From the NCBI RefSeq assembly GCF_009914755.1, contig NC_060936.1: a stretch of 64,000 nucleotides of DNA; one strand, 5' to 3'. The notes under the pieces were generated by a model. That model did not search any database and had not been told where the DNA came from. It saw nothing but the letters and a program-made list of their open reading frames with translations. Source of the DNA: the human T2T-CHM13v2.0 reference genome, Homo sapiens. This document shows positions 16,931 through 29,210 of this stretch, piece by piece. Position numbers and translations under genes: made by a program. Within the stretch, counting starts at the first letter, position 1. Each line of letters starts with the position of its first letter.

Positions 16931-18360
16931 TTATCTTAATTCCATCATGTTCAAATAATTATAACCAATAGTCAATAATGCATTTTTAGGCATGGATAAA
17001 AACGATAAAACTCTTAGTTATTCTAAACAGAATTTCCTAGAAAGCTTAACAAATTCCCCCAAAGAAACAGTTTTTTACTCCACAAATTTTTAAAATTGGC
17101 TTAAAAGTTGAAATTTTCAAACTAAAGGATTAAGAAAACACTTTTTTCCAGTTATTTACAAATGAGCTAACTTCTAGAATATCTGTTCCATCTAATTTTT
17201 GCCATAAAATTGTAGTTTCTACAAATCTCTATATGATTTAGTCTTATGCAATAGCCAGTACTAAATAAATATGACCGTACCGTATAATATGTTTTTATAA
17301 ACATTAAATAAATTCATGCAAAGTACACCACATGTTTATATTTCTAAAGGCAAAGCTTTCTGTTATCAGCAGTGACTTCAAAAGAGGTAGAAGACAGGCA
17401 CAATTTCAGACTGATTTCTCAGCTAACATTCAGTCATTTTTTAAATAATTTATACAAAACTGCATTAAACAAAAATGACTGTTTTAACTATTTTCTTGCT
17501 TAAGAGAAATCACAAGCTTTAGCTCTTTAGGTGAAGCTGAACTGACTGGTACTGAATATCTGTCAGTTTGGTTTATTGCAGTTTGTCTACAGTGCAGATT
17601 TTTGTGGTAAGAGCCAATGGATACTTGCTTGGTATTAAAATATCTGCTATACTGTTTCTGGCTCTGGCTTTTGCTTTTTCTTGCATTTTATAGGTTGGCA
17701 TAGATTCTGCCAAAATATGTTCTACTTTATATACAAGATGCTGTTGTAGTACTTCTAATAGCTTGAAATAGGAACACTGGAGAAGAAGGTTGTTTTTATT
17801 TAGTAAAACAAACTTCCATCATAAAAAACATTGGCTTCAACATAAAAACGGGATTCTGGGAAAATGATGGCAGTAACATTATATTTAATCTCAAATATCT
17901 TTATAAAAATAGAGCAATGAAATAGTAAAGTGAAATCCATGAACGAAATTTATAATATAATTAGGTTGCAAGTTATCCCTACAAACCCGAAATGCAAGTG
18001 GGTGGGGAGAAAACATGGCAGTTACAAGCCCTGCGTTATCTCAGCCTTTGTACACATGAAAGCCTAGAGAAACAACCAGACATCTTAAGATCTGAGAACA
18101 TAAGGTTCACCAGGGGCCAATCTGAAAACAGCAGCAAAGTCTGGGAGGAGTTTTGCCTACTTCATAGTCGGGCAATACAATTGTCTGTTAGGAAGGTGTG
18201 AAGGGGTCAGAGAAATTTAGTCTCTATGAATTACTGAAACTGAGAAAAGAGTTCCACACTGCGTGGGGGGAAACAAAATCAACTACTGAGAATTGAATTA
18301 AAACTTAACCAGGGCAATAAAAATGAGGACAAAAATGTCTACATAAAAGTGAGGGAGGGG

Positions 18361-20279
18361 CCTGCTGGGGCAGGAGGAGTGGCAGTTAGGTGGGCTATGC
18401 CAGATGATCTCAGGCATCTCTGCTGACACCGGTGAGCAAGCTTTGTCTCTAGCTGTATCATCATGTTATGAGGCCATCCCATCCTGTCATTGGCATTCTA
18501 GTGTTCCTGCCGGGATTTTACCCCTGTGCATTACCTACCATGCATCCAAAGGCTGCTGGGATTACTTTTATGCTGTCATTTCAGATTTTGATGACAAGCA
18601 CACATCTCAGACTTGAAGAGAAGTCACAGTGGGACTCCGCCCAGCTTTAAGATATTGAGCAGAAACTGCGGCTAAGGGCTAAGGAATTGTGCAGTTTGCA
18701 GATGTTTAACAAAATAATTGCCAGATTTTATGGGTCCATTCCAAAGATGTTAACTGAGCTTATAATTAGCTAATTAGGACAAGCTCTGCTTTTCATCTCC
18801 TGGTTCTGGCAAAAGCTCCTGACAAATTTTTCCACATGAATATGTATCATGGAAGAATAGCAATGTTAATTGCCTGAGAAAATGGGAGTTTATTCTTTAG
18901 TGGAAAGTGTTGCCACCACCACTCTCTTTAGAGTTGAGCATTTCTTTTAGATAGTCTTCACTGTGAATTTGTTCTTGCAGCAAGTGGAAGAATGCAGTGT
19001 GTCTAATTTCTTATTACTAAGTAATTTATTTTTAAAAAATCTAAGTAACTAATCCCCTACACTTAACTTTACCTTCATGCTGTAGTGAAAAATCTTGGTA
19101 AAATCAAGTATCAGTGTGAGTCCATCTGTAATATTTTTTAGTCGCTTTCTCATTGACAACAACTGGGACTTTATTTTCTTAAAATATTTTTTAAAGTTCT
19201 GGGGTACAAGTGCAGGATGCGCAGGCTTGTCACCTAGGTAAACTTGTGTCATAGTGATTTGCTGCACTTATCAAACCATAACCTAGATATTAAGCCCAGC
19301 ATGCATTAGCTATTTTTCCTAATGCTCTCCCTCCCCCCATCACACCCTCCAACAGTGTGCCCACTGTGTCCAAGTGTCTTTCATTGTTCAGCTCCTACTT
19401 ACAAGTGAGAACATGCAGTGTTTGACTTTCTGTTCCTGTGTTAGTTTGCTGAGGATAATGGCTTCCAGCTCCATCCATGTACCTGCAAAAAACATAATCT
19501 CATTCCCTTTAATGGCTGCATAGTATTCCATGGGTATATGTGCCACATTTTCTTTATTCAGTCTATCATGGATGGGCATTTGGGTTGATTCCATGTCTTA
19601 GATATTGTGAATAATGCTGTAATGAACATATGTGTGCATGTATCTTTGTAATAGAATGATTTATATTTGGTGGGGGGTATATACCCAGTAATGGGATTGT
19701 TGGGTTGAATGGTATTTCTAGTTCTAGATTTTTGAGGAATCCCCACACCATCTTCTCCCACCCATCAGAATGGCATTTATTAAAAAGTCAAGAAACAGCA
19801 GATGCTGGCAAGGTTGCTGAGAAATAGGAACACTTTCACACTGTTGGTGGGAATGTAAATTAGTTCAATCAGGACTTTTTAAAATCACAGAGCAAGGTTT
19901 CAAAATGTAAACATTCACTGTTTACCAATCCTTGGCCAGCTTTGATCTGTCTGGTTGACCCAAAGGTTGGACGACATACAATTTGGGTTACTCTGTCCTC
20001 TGTAGATCAAGATGTTCTCTATATCATGTCTTTAAGGACTAGACTTTTGGCCATTTCCTAATGAAAAATACAGATAAGTTGTTATTATTTAGAGTCTATA
20101 ACCCTATTGCCAGCATCTTCTATTATGATGTCATTCTGCTAACGATTGCAAGACTCAGCCTGGATCCTTACAAGACTAGATTGCCTTAGGTTGATTATGT
20201 TTCCTAGCTTGGAAAACATGACTTATATTCAAAAGAAATTAAAGTGTTGAAATCCAAATCCTAAAAAAAAAAAAAAAAA
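18361..20279 (+). pseudogene. TMEM230P: Processed pseudogene of TMEM230 (C20orf30): 5' UTR, internally deleted CDS (18468-18598), 3' UTR and poly-A
   Basis: Two frames give [11 protein letters not shown] and ITYHASKGCWDYFYAVISDFDD, matching the TMEM230 C-terminus as I recall it ([37 protein letters not shown]). Start MRPSH resembles MMPSR. No introns. ATTAAA 20238-20243, A17 tail 20263-20279, TSD GTGAGG(G/C)AGGGG (18349-18360, 20281-20292). Frameshift ~18522 and stop codon changed to AAG. Which numbered pseudogene it is cannot be told from sequence. Confidence 0.9.
19173..19866 (-). mobile_element. 5'-inverted L1PA (about L1PA8-10) inside the pseudogene 3' UTR
   Basis: Antisense L1 3' end 19173-19755, then sense segment 19756-19866 that is contiguous in L1 coordinates. 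Degenerate TSD AACTGGGACTTT / AATCAGGACTTT. Confidence 0.88.
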
Positions 20280-23099
20280 TGTGAGGCAGGGGAATTAAGC
20301 CAGAATAATCTTATATTTTTAAATACAAAGTGGAAAAAAATATGAGACCTCTGTAAAGTTAGAAAAGCTATTCTGGTACAAACTGGCTTTTCAAAGTCAA
20401 GAAATCTAATTTTATATAAAAATCAGCATATGAAAATAAGCCTTGGGTATATCATTAGCTATATAGAAATAAGACTAAATGAGAAGAGAATATAGAGTAT
20501 AAAGGCTATATGCTAGGACAAAGCAGGTATAGTAAAATCAGATATAGCTGAGAACAAAAAAGAACACATGCAAAACAATTAAGTATACCCAATCATTATT
20601 TTAGTTTTGGAAATATTTGCATTGTTATTCCAAAACTATTGTGAATATGGTTTAGAATAAGGCAAATGAGAAATTATTGAATACTGAAATCTTATCACAA
20701 AACCAGTATTCTAATGGCAAAAGGAAGAAAGTAAAGATATAAAGTAGAAAATGTTGAGTAGTCCTGAAGTCCTGAATTTGAATTGGAAATCAGGATGAAC
20801 TCATTAGTCTCTTTATCTGTCTATTGATGAATTAATTATTCTCTTTTTCTTTCAAGCTCCATAAACAACATAGTAAAGGAAAAAAGTGGATGAAAATGAG
20901 CATTCCTAGCACCCAGACAGTAGTCTTTCAATACATTTTTCCACTAAAGAAAGTGAGGGCCTCTTGAAAAAATGGCTGATTCCAGGTCTGAGGCTAAGAA
21001 TAACCAAAACAAGCCTGGGGTATTTTGTCTGTTACTATCACATCAAAAGGAGACAGGATCCAACTTGAAGATGTGCTACTAGTCAAAGATAGACAACTTA
21101 ATAGAAAAAAGATAGGACAATCTGAACTCCAAACTGGGTTGAATTTATACTCATAAATGGAAACCCATCAAATATGTTTAAATGCACGAGTTCCTAATCA
21201 TACTTTAAAATCTAATTAGTTACTTTCAGGAGATGAGATGGAACAAATTTTCTAGAAATATGTAAAATAAAGGGAAGGACCAAGAACTTATTCTGTTTTC
21301 TCCCCAAATGTTAATTTTATTAATATTTTATTGTTACTTAATAATGAAATAAAATGCGTATTAACACTTAAATATAATAAATAGTACATATGCTGATATC
21401 CAATTAATAGGTGAGGAAAAGTGAAAACTTTACAATGTATTCCAGCTAATAATAATTGTAACAGAAATGATCGGATTCAATTCTCAATAAATTAATGGAT
21501 CTAGGCATTAAGCATGACTAACAACTAACACATAAAAAGAGACAAGGTGGAAAAATAAAAATCATGTGTGATCTTGCCAAAAATATCTCACCTAAGTCTA
21601 ATTTCTTCCAAGTTGGAGAAAATATAGGGGACAGTGGAAACAATCATTAGAGTAAAATTAGCAAAATCCAGATGGGGGAAATTTGCAATTTAAATGAATT
21701 GTGTTTTTCAATTTGAAACATGGCAAGAAAAAGATGGCATTCGAACCTGTAAATTAACAGACTTAAGATATACAACAAATTTTAAGAAAATATGTAATAC
21801 TAAACATGTCTAAAGATGCATATGTAGATAAAAAAATAGATATACAAGGAAACCATTACATAAAAGACAGGATTATATTTATTTATTGAGTGTTGTGATC
21901 AAGATTGGGCAAATGAAAAGGTTTCAGAGCTTTCAATCTATAGAATTCCCCCCATAGATATAATTTTTTAAAATAAAATAACCTTTTATATTTAGCTATA
22001 TAGTATGATTTTTATTTAAACATTATATCAAAAATTTTTTACATCAATAACTATGCATGTATAAAATATGCTATATATGTAGTAATCTATTACATGGATA
22101 TAACAGAATTCATTAATTGTAATTAAATTCATTAATTATTTTTGATAGATTATTCAATTTTTAAAAATTATAAACTATGCTATATTGAAAATAGCTAAAA
22201 TTTGCAAAACACTTCTATATATGTGATTGTCAGGCTAAAAGATATTTAAAAAATTATTAAGGATTTGGTATGTATTGATAAATTATTCACACAAAAATTT
22301 TGTGCATGTTTGCATATTATGGTCTCTCCTATTTGTGGTTATAATCCTTAACATATTCATAAATGTAATAATTCTTTTTTATTTACACATTTAATATGTT
22401 CTCATTGCTAAAAAATTAAAAACAAATAAAAAGTTAAAATTAAATTTTAGAAAACAGATATTCAGGATGGGTCAGTGACCCATGTCCTTGAATCCTGATC
22501 ATAATATAATTGTATGACTCATGCCAATCTCTGGTCACCTGATGTGTCAAATGGTATCTTTCTGTTATTTGATTGTTAGTGTAAAGATTGATTTTTAGCT
22601 ATATTTCATTTTGTTAAATTTATTTTCATATTTACCTATTTTTCTATTAAGCACTTCATTTTTATCCTATTCATTTCTAAGAATTCCTTATACATTTAGC
22701 ATAAATTTCCTGTATCACTTCTGTACAATTTCCAAATTGTTGGCCTTTTATTTTTACTTTCTTCCCCCATGTCATCAGTGTTTTTTTTCCCAATATAGTC
22801 CTATATTGCTTTCATTATGTCTTCTGCTTTTCTCTTGTATTTGACACTGGTAATTTAATTGTTCTTAATTTTTATATTTAAATATTAACACCCTTTGCAA
22901 AACTTTCAAATTCTCCCAAATTCAAGTTGTTTCAAAAATAAAGTTTCATTAAGATCGATATTTATTTGAAATTAATAGTAAAATTAAAAAGCACTCAATC
23001 ATAGATAGAAGTGTATTGATTGTAGGATAAACCAAAAGTTCTGTGAGAAAATTTTTGGGATCAGAGAGTGTTTTTTACACTGTGACATTAATAACTTGG

Positions 23100-23565
23100 T
23101 GTCTTGCCAATTAATTCATCTGATCTTCCACCTATTCCCTTGCTGACTATGCTCTAGCAACACTGGTCTTTCTACTAATTCTTGAACATGCTATTTAGGC
23201 TCTGGCATATGCATTTCTTATTTATTCAGCCTGGAGGTATCTTTCCTCAGACACACGAATGGCTTGCTTTTTTTCCATGTTTAGTTCTACATTAAAATGT
23301 CTACATTTTAGTGACATTTTCTTAAACTAGTCTCTTTGAAATGGCAGCATCACTCTTTTGACCTTCCATCTCACATAGCATTACCACCATCTGATGGATT
23401 GTCTTTACTTATTTATTTATGTTTGGCCTATTTTTACAACAAGAATCTAAGCTCCAAAAAGAGCAGTTATTTTCCCATTTTATTCAATTCTGTAGCAGCC
23501 CAAACCTAGATTAGTGTCTATGACATATCATATTCTCTATAGGTATTTATGGAATTTATGAAAGA
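23100..23565 (+). mobile_element. L2 3' fragment
   Basis: CTATGCTCTAGCAACACTGGTCTTTCT...AGAATCTAAGCTCC...CCTAGATTAGTGTCTATGACAT, typical of the L2a 3' end. Confidence 0.7.
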
Positions 23566-24004
23566 CTGTAAATTTATTATTACAGCTTATTTATTCTGCA
23601 GCCATTATTGACTAATGATTGTAAGGCTTTCCTGACATTAATGTCGTATGATCTAGACATTCCACTTTCTTAGCATATTAGAACTCTTGGCTATTGGCGG
23701 CAACTTACTTGCATCCAAGAGATTTGCTGCCTGCTTACGTGGTGACTGAACCACCTAAGGCCCAGGAAAACTAGCAAACTTCTCTCTTTTCTAGTGGGTT
23801 GCAAGTACACTTATTCTTTAGTTTGAACCCCAATCTTGGTAAGAAAGCTTTCCTACCAAGTTTATGTTTTCCTGGGGAATCTCTTTCAGTCCTACTCTAC
23901 CCTTATATCTGAGTTACCCTTTCAACAGATTTCAATGATCTTCACATTAAACTTCTGTTTAAATTACTGTGCGCTTTCTTTCTATTGACTGGACCCAGCA
24001 TAAT

Positions 24005-24260
24005 GCAAATACCATTTATAAAACCAAAAATATAAAATGATAGAGATGATTAAAATATATAAATATGTAAAAGATCAGTACACTAAAAATGAAAAACTAT
24101 TGATGAGAAAAAGTAATACCTAAGTAATTAGAAAGATACAGCATGCTCCTGAATTTAAAAAGAAAACTTAATTTTATTAAAATACACATTTCCCCCAAAA
24201 TGATTCCTAGATTTAATACTATTCTAAACAAAATTCTATTATGCTTTCTAGTAGAAATGT
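24005..24260 (+). mobile_element. Ancient L1M ORF2 fragment, probably continuing at ~31460
   Basis: ACCATTTATAAAACC...GAAAGATACAGCATGCTCCTGAATT...CCTAGATTTAATACTATTCT resembles L1 ORF2. Confidence 0.55.
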
Positions 24261-24837
24261 AAATTTCATCTACATTGTCAATTTGCTAGTGTAACACTGT
24301 TTAAAATTTTTCTTGTAATCTTTGTAATGTAGGTAGAATAGGTAGTAAAATTTCCTCCTTTGTCCCAGATATTGGTGATTTCAGTATTTTCTGTTTCTAT
24401 TTGTTTCATTATGTTTTACTTATTATTTATCAGTCTAGCTAGGAGATTATGTGTTACCTTTATTTCTGGAGAATCATCTTTTGCCTTTATTAATTTTGCT
24501 TATTGTTTGTGTTTTTGATTGTTAAAATTTGTTTTCAACCATTCTGCTTTTATCATCGATTCCTTCCTTCTACTCCAGCACTCTCTATTCTGTTTTATAG
24601 ACTTATTTGTTTATCTTGATGCCAATACTGTACCATCTTGATTTCTTTAGCTTCACAATAAGTCTTAAAAACAGGTGATTTTATCCCTTCAACTTTATTT
24701 TTATTTTGAATGCTGTTTTAGCTACTTTGGATTCTTTGCATTTCCATATGAATTTTAGAGAGAATTCATCAGTTTTCCTAAATATTCATTTAAGGTTTTT
24801 ATAGAAATGACATTTAATTTGTAGATCAATTTGGAGG

Positions 24838-27085
24838 TGTATTAGACCTTTTTCACATTGCTGATAAAGACACACCCGAGACTAGTCAATTTACAAAAGA
24901 AAGAGGTTTAATTGGACTCACAGTTCCACATGGCTAGGGAGGCCTCACAATCATAGCAGAAGGCAAGGAGAAGCAAGTCACATCCTTTGTGAATGGCAGC
25001 AGGCAGAGAGCTTGTGCAGAGAAACTCCCATTTTTAACACCATCAGATCTTGTGAGACCCATTCATGATCACATGGGTCTTTCTCACATGAATGGGATCA
25101 TGAACAGCATGAGAAAGACCCGCCCTCATGATTCAATCATCTCCCACTGGGTCCCTCCCACAACATGGGAGGATTATGGGAGCTACAAGATGAGATTTGG
25201 GTGGGGACACAGAGCCAAACCATATCATTCCACCCCTGACCCCCTCCCAAATCTCATATATTCATATTTAAAACCAATCATGCCTTCCCAACAGTTCCCC
25301 AAAGTCTCAACTCATTTCAGCATTAACTCAAAAGTCCACAGTCCAAAGTCTCATCTGAGACAAAGCAAGTCTCCTCCACCTATGAGCCTGTAAAAACAAA
25401 AGCAAATTAGTTACTTCCTGGATAAAATGTGGGTACAGGCATTGGGTAAATACAGTTATTTGAAATGGGAGAAATTGGCCAAAACAAAGGGTCTACAGGG
25501 CCCATGCAAGTCCAAAATCCAGCAGGGCAGTCAACTCTTAAAGCTCCAAAATGATGTCTTATGACTCCATGTCTCATATACACGTCATGCTGATGCAAGA
25601 GGTAGGTTCTCATGGTCTTGGGCAGTTCTGCCCCTGTGGCTTTGCAGGTACAGCCTCCCTCCTGGCTGCTTTCATGGGCTGGCATTTAGTGTCTGTGACT
25701 TTTCACGGCACATGGTGCAAGCTGTTGGTGGATCTACCATTCTGAGGTCTGGAGGACAATGGCCCTCTTCTCACAGCTCCACTAGATGGTGCCCCAGTGG
25801 GGACTCTATTGGGGGGGCTCCAATCCCACATTTCCCTTCTTTGCTGCCCTAGCAGAGGTTCTCCATGAGAGCCCACCCCTGCAGCAAACTTCTGTCTGGA
25901 CATCCAGTCATTTTTATACATCCTCTGAAATCTAGGCTGAGGTTCCCCAACCTCAATTCTTGACTTCTGTGCACCTGCAGGCTCAACACCATAGGAAAGT
26001 TTGGACCCTCTGAAGCCATGGCACAAGCTCTACCTTGGCCCCTTTTAGGCATGACTGGAGGAGCTGGGATGCAGGGCACAAAGTCCCTAGACTGCACACA
26101 GCACAGGGACCCTGGACCTGGCCCAGGAAACCATTTTTACTTCCTAGGCCTCCAGGCCTGTTATGGGAGGGGATGCCATGAAGACCTCTGACATGCCCTG
26201 GAGACATTTTCTCCATTGTCTTGGGGATTAACATTTGGCTCCTTGTTACTTAGGCAAATTTCTGTAGCCAGCTTGAATGGGATTTTCTTTTCTATTGCAT
26301 TGTCAGGTTGCAAATTTTTCAAACTTTTATGCTCAGTTTCTTTTTTAAACAATGTGTTTAACAGCACCCAAGTCATCTCTTGAATGCTTTTCTGCTTAGA
26401 AGTTTCTTCTGCCAGATACCCTGAATCATCTCTCTCAAGTTCAAAGTTTCACAAATCTCTAGGGCAAGGGCAAAATGCTGCCATTCTTTTTATAAAATGT
26501 AACAAGAGTCACCTTTGCTCCAGCTCCTAACAAGTTCCTCATTTCCATCTAAGGCCACCTCAGCCTGGACTTTATTGTTCATATCACTAGCAGCATTTTG
26601 GGCAAAGCCATTCAACAAGTCTCTAGGAAGCTCCAAATTTTCCCACATTTTCCTGTCTTCTTCTGAAACCTCCAAACTGTTCCAACCTCCATCTGTTACC
26701 CAGTTCCAAAGTCACTTCCACATTTTTGGGTATCTTTTCAGCAGCAACCCACTCTTCCAGTGCCAATTTCCTATATTAGTCTGTTTTCATGCTGCTGATA
26801 AAGACATACCCCAGACTACTCAATTTACAAAAGAAAGAGGTTTAATTGGACTCACAATCATGATGGGAGGCAAGGAGGAGCAAGTCACATCCTTCGTGGA
26901 TGGTGGCAGGAAAAGAGAGAGCTTGTACAGAGAAACTCCCATTTTTAACACCATCAGATCCCATGAAACCCATTCACTGTCATAAGAACAGCATGGGAAA
27001 GACTCACCTCCATGATTCAGTCATCTACCACTGGGTCCCTCCCACAACACAGGGGAATTATGGGAGCTAGAAGATGACCATATGA
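24838..27085 (-). mobile_element. Two-LTR THE1A MaLR element (LTRs 24838-25227 and 26772-27085)
   Basis: 5-bp TSD GGAGG (24833-24837, 27086-27090). THE1A-type motifs GCAAGTCACATC and GCTACAAGATGAGATTTGG. MaLR ORF remnants (MEVSEEDRKMWENLELP). Confidence 0.92.
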
Positions 27086-29210
27086 GGAGGTTAATTTATA
27101 TCTTAACAATATGTCTTTTGACCTATGAAAAAGTGTGTGTCTTTATTTGGGAGGTTTTCCTTAACTTCCCTCATCAATGTTTTGTAGTTGTTAGTGAAGA
27201 TTTCTTTCCTTGCCATGTCAGATTTGTCTCTAAGTATTTAATATTTTTATCTAATGTAAATGTATATATATATATAACATATATACATATATATTTGTAG
27301 CAAATATAACAAAATATTTTTCAATTTAAATTTTCAATTATTTGTTGCCTATATATAGAAATGCAATTGATTTTTATAATAATCTTGTACTTATTTGTGT
27401 TCTGTAACCTTAACTTTCTTTGTAGACTATATGAGATATATAGACAATCATGTCATCTGAAAATTAGACAATTTTACTATTTTCTTTCCAATCTAAAGAA
27501 CTTTGTTTATTTTCTTACCCTTATTTCACTGACTAGAGTATCTGGTACAGTGTTGAATGAAAGTGGTAAAAGTAGAAATTCCTCTTGTTTCTAATCTTCC
27601 GGGAAAAGCATTCAGTCATTCACTATTAAGTATGATGCTAGCTATAAGTACTTCATAAATGCCCTATCAAGTTGAGAAAGTATCTTTATTTCTACTTTGA
27701 AAGTTTTTATCATGAATGTATCTTGAATTTTGTCATTATATTTTTCTGTCTATTAAGATGATAATTTTTAAAGAAATTTAGCTAATGAATATGATGAATT
27801 ACATTGATTGACTCCTCAATATAAAACCAAACTTGCAGTCCTAGGGCAAAATCTACTTGGTAATAATTTATTATCTTTCATATTGTTGGATTCTATTAGC
27901 TAAACTTTTGTATATAATTTTAGCCTCTGTGGTCATAAAAGATATTGGTCTGTGGTTTTCTTTTCTTCTAATGTATTTGGCTGCTTTTGATAAAATAATA
28001 GTTTTGATTTGATAACAAGAATTGACAAGTATTCCCTCCTCTTCAATATTCTGGAAGAATTTGCGTAGAATTGCTCTTAATTCTTTCTTAAATATTTGGT
28101 AAAATTCTAAAGTTCAGCAAGGTAGGTCAGCATTTTGGGGGCTTATTTTTAACTACAAATTCAATCATATATATATATATAGTGCAAATTCAGATTTTTC
28201 TATAATGTCTATAGTGCATTGTGTCTTTAATTTGTACATTTTATCCAAGTTGTCAAATTTACTGGCCAGAATTTTTCATAATATCCCCTTAATGTCATTT
28301 TCAAACCTGTAGAATCTAGAGTGATATAACTGCTGTCATTTCAGATGCTGTTAATTTGTATCTTGTTTAGTTTGTTGATCATCCTGGCCAGGATTTTATC
28401 AACTTTATTCATCTTCTCAAAGAACTATATTTTGATTTAATTGATTGTCTCTATTGTTTTTATTTTACATTTAATTTATTTTCAGTCTGGCCTTTATTAT
28501 TTAATTTGTTCTAAAAACCATGACTTTGATCATTTTCTTAAAGTGGAAGTTGAAGTCATTTATTTTGAGATCTTTCTCTTTTTCTAAAATAGGTATTTAG
28601 TGTCATAAAATACCAAGTACTGCTTTAGCGGCATTTGCTGTTTTTAATATGTGTTTTTAATTTTCTCTCAGTTCAAAATATTTTATAGTGTCACTTTTTA
28701 TTTCTTCTTTGACATGTGGGCTATTAACACCTGTCTGATTTAGACTTTAAGTGTTTGAATAATATCCAGATATCCCATGTATTTGAATATATTTTTATTT
28801 TCATTCAGTTTTAAATATCTTTAAGTTCCCTTGGGATTTTTCTTTTTTTATGTATATATTTTTCAGAAGTGCTTCAATCCTTTGAAATGTGTTGGGACTT
28901 TTTATGGACTAGCATATGGTCTATCTTGGTTAATGTCCTCTGTTTTCATGCTGCTGTTGTAGTATCTAGTCTTTTATACATATCAGTTAAGTCAATGCCT
29001 TGATAGTGTCTTTCAGATAATTTATCAACTTTGAAAATATACCTGTTTTATTAATTCCTTAGAGATGGGTTTAGATACTTACAACTATGATTATGGAATT
29101 GTTTATATCTTACCTTAATTCTGTCAAATTTTGGTTCATGTAAATGTGTCTACACAAACATTTACAGTTGCTATGTCTTCCTGGTTAATTTACCCTTTAA
29201 TCATTACTAT

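Larger units (their letters stand above)
17850..22060 (+). mobile_element. Ancient L1M (L1MC/ME-like) pieces hosting the pseudogene: 5'-like part 17850-18360 and 20281-20460, L1MC-like 3' region ~20500-22060
   Basis: 5' start GGGATTCTGGGAAAATGATGGCAG. L1MC4-like motif CATTCCTAGCACCCAGA...AAAAATGGCTGATTCCAGGTCTGAGGC. Subfamily and boundaries uncertain. Confidence 0.55.

Noticed and set aside
18404-18650. Functional TMEM230-like CDS
   Set aside because: Large deletion, frameshift, lost stop codon, poly-A tail and TSD indicate a dead retrocopy.
22611-22844. Hydrophobic 77-aa ORF
   Set aside because: T-rich low-complexity sequence with a non-ATG start; compositional artefact.
23590-24005. Possible old LTR
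   Set aside because: Only the 3' end is LTR-like; no family or TSD could be supported.
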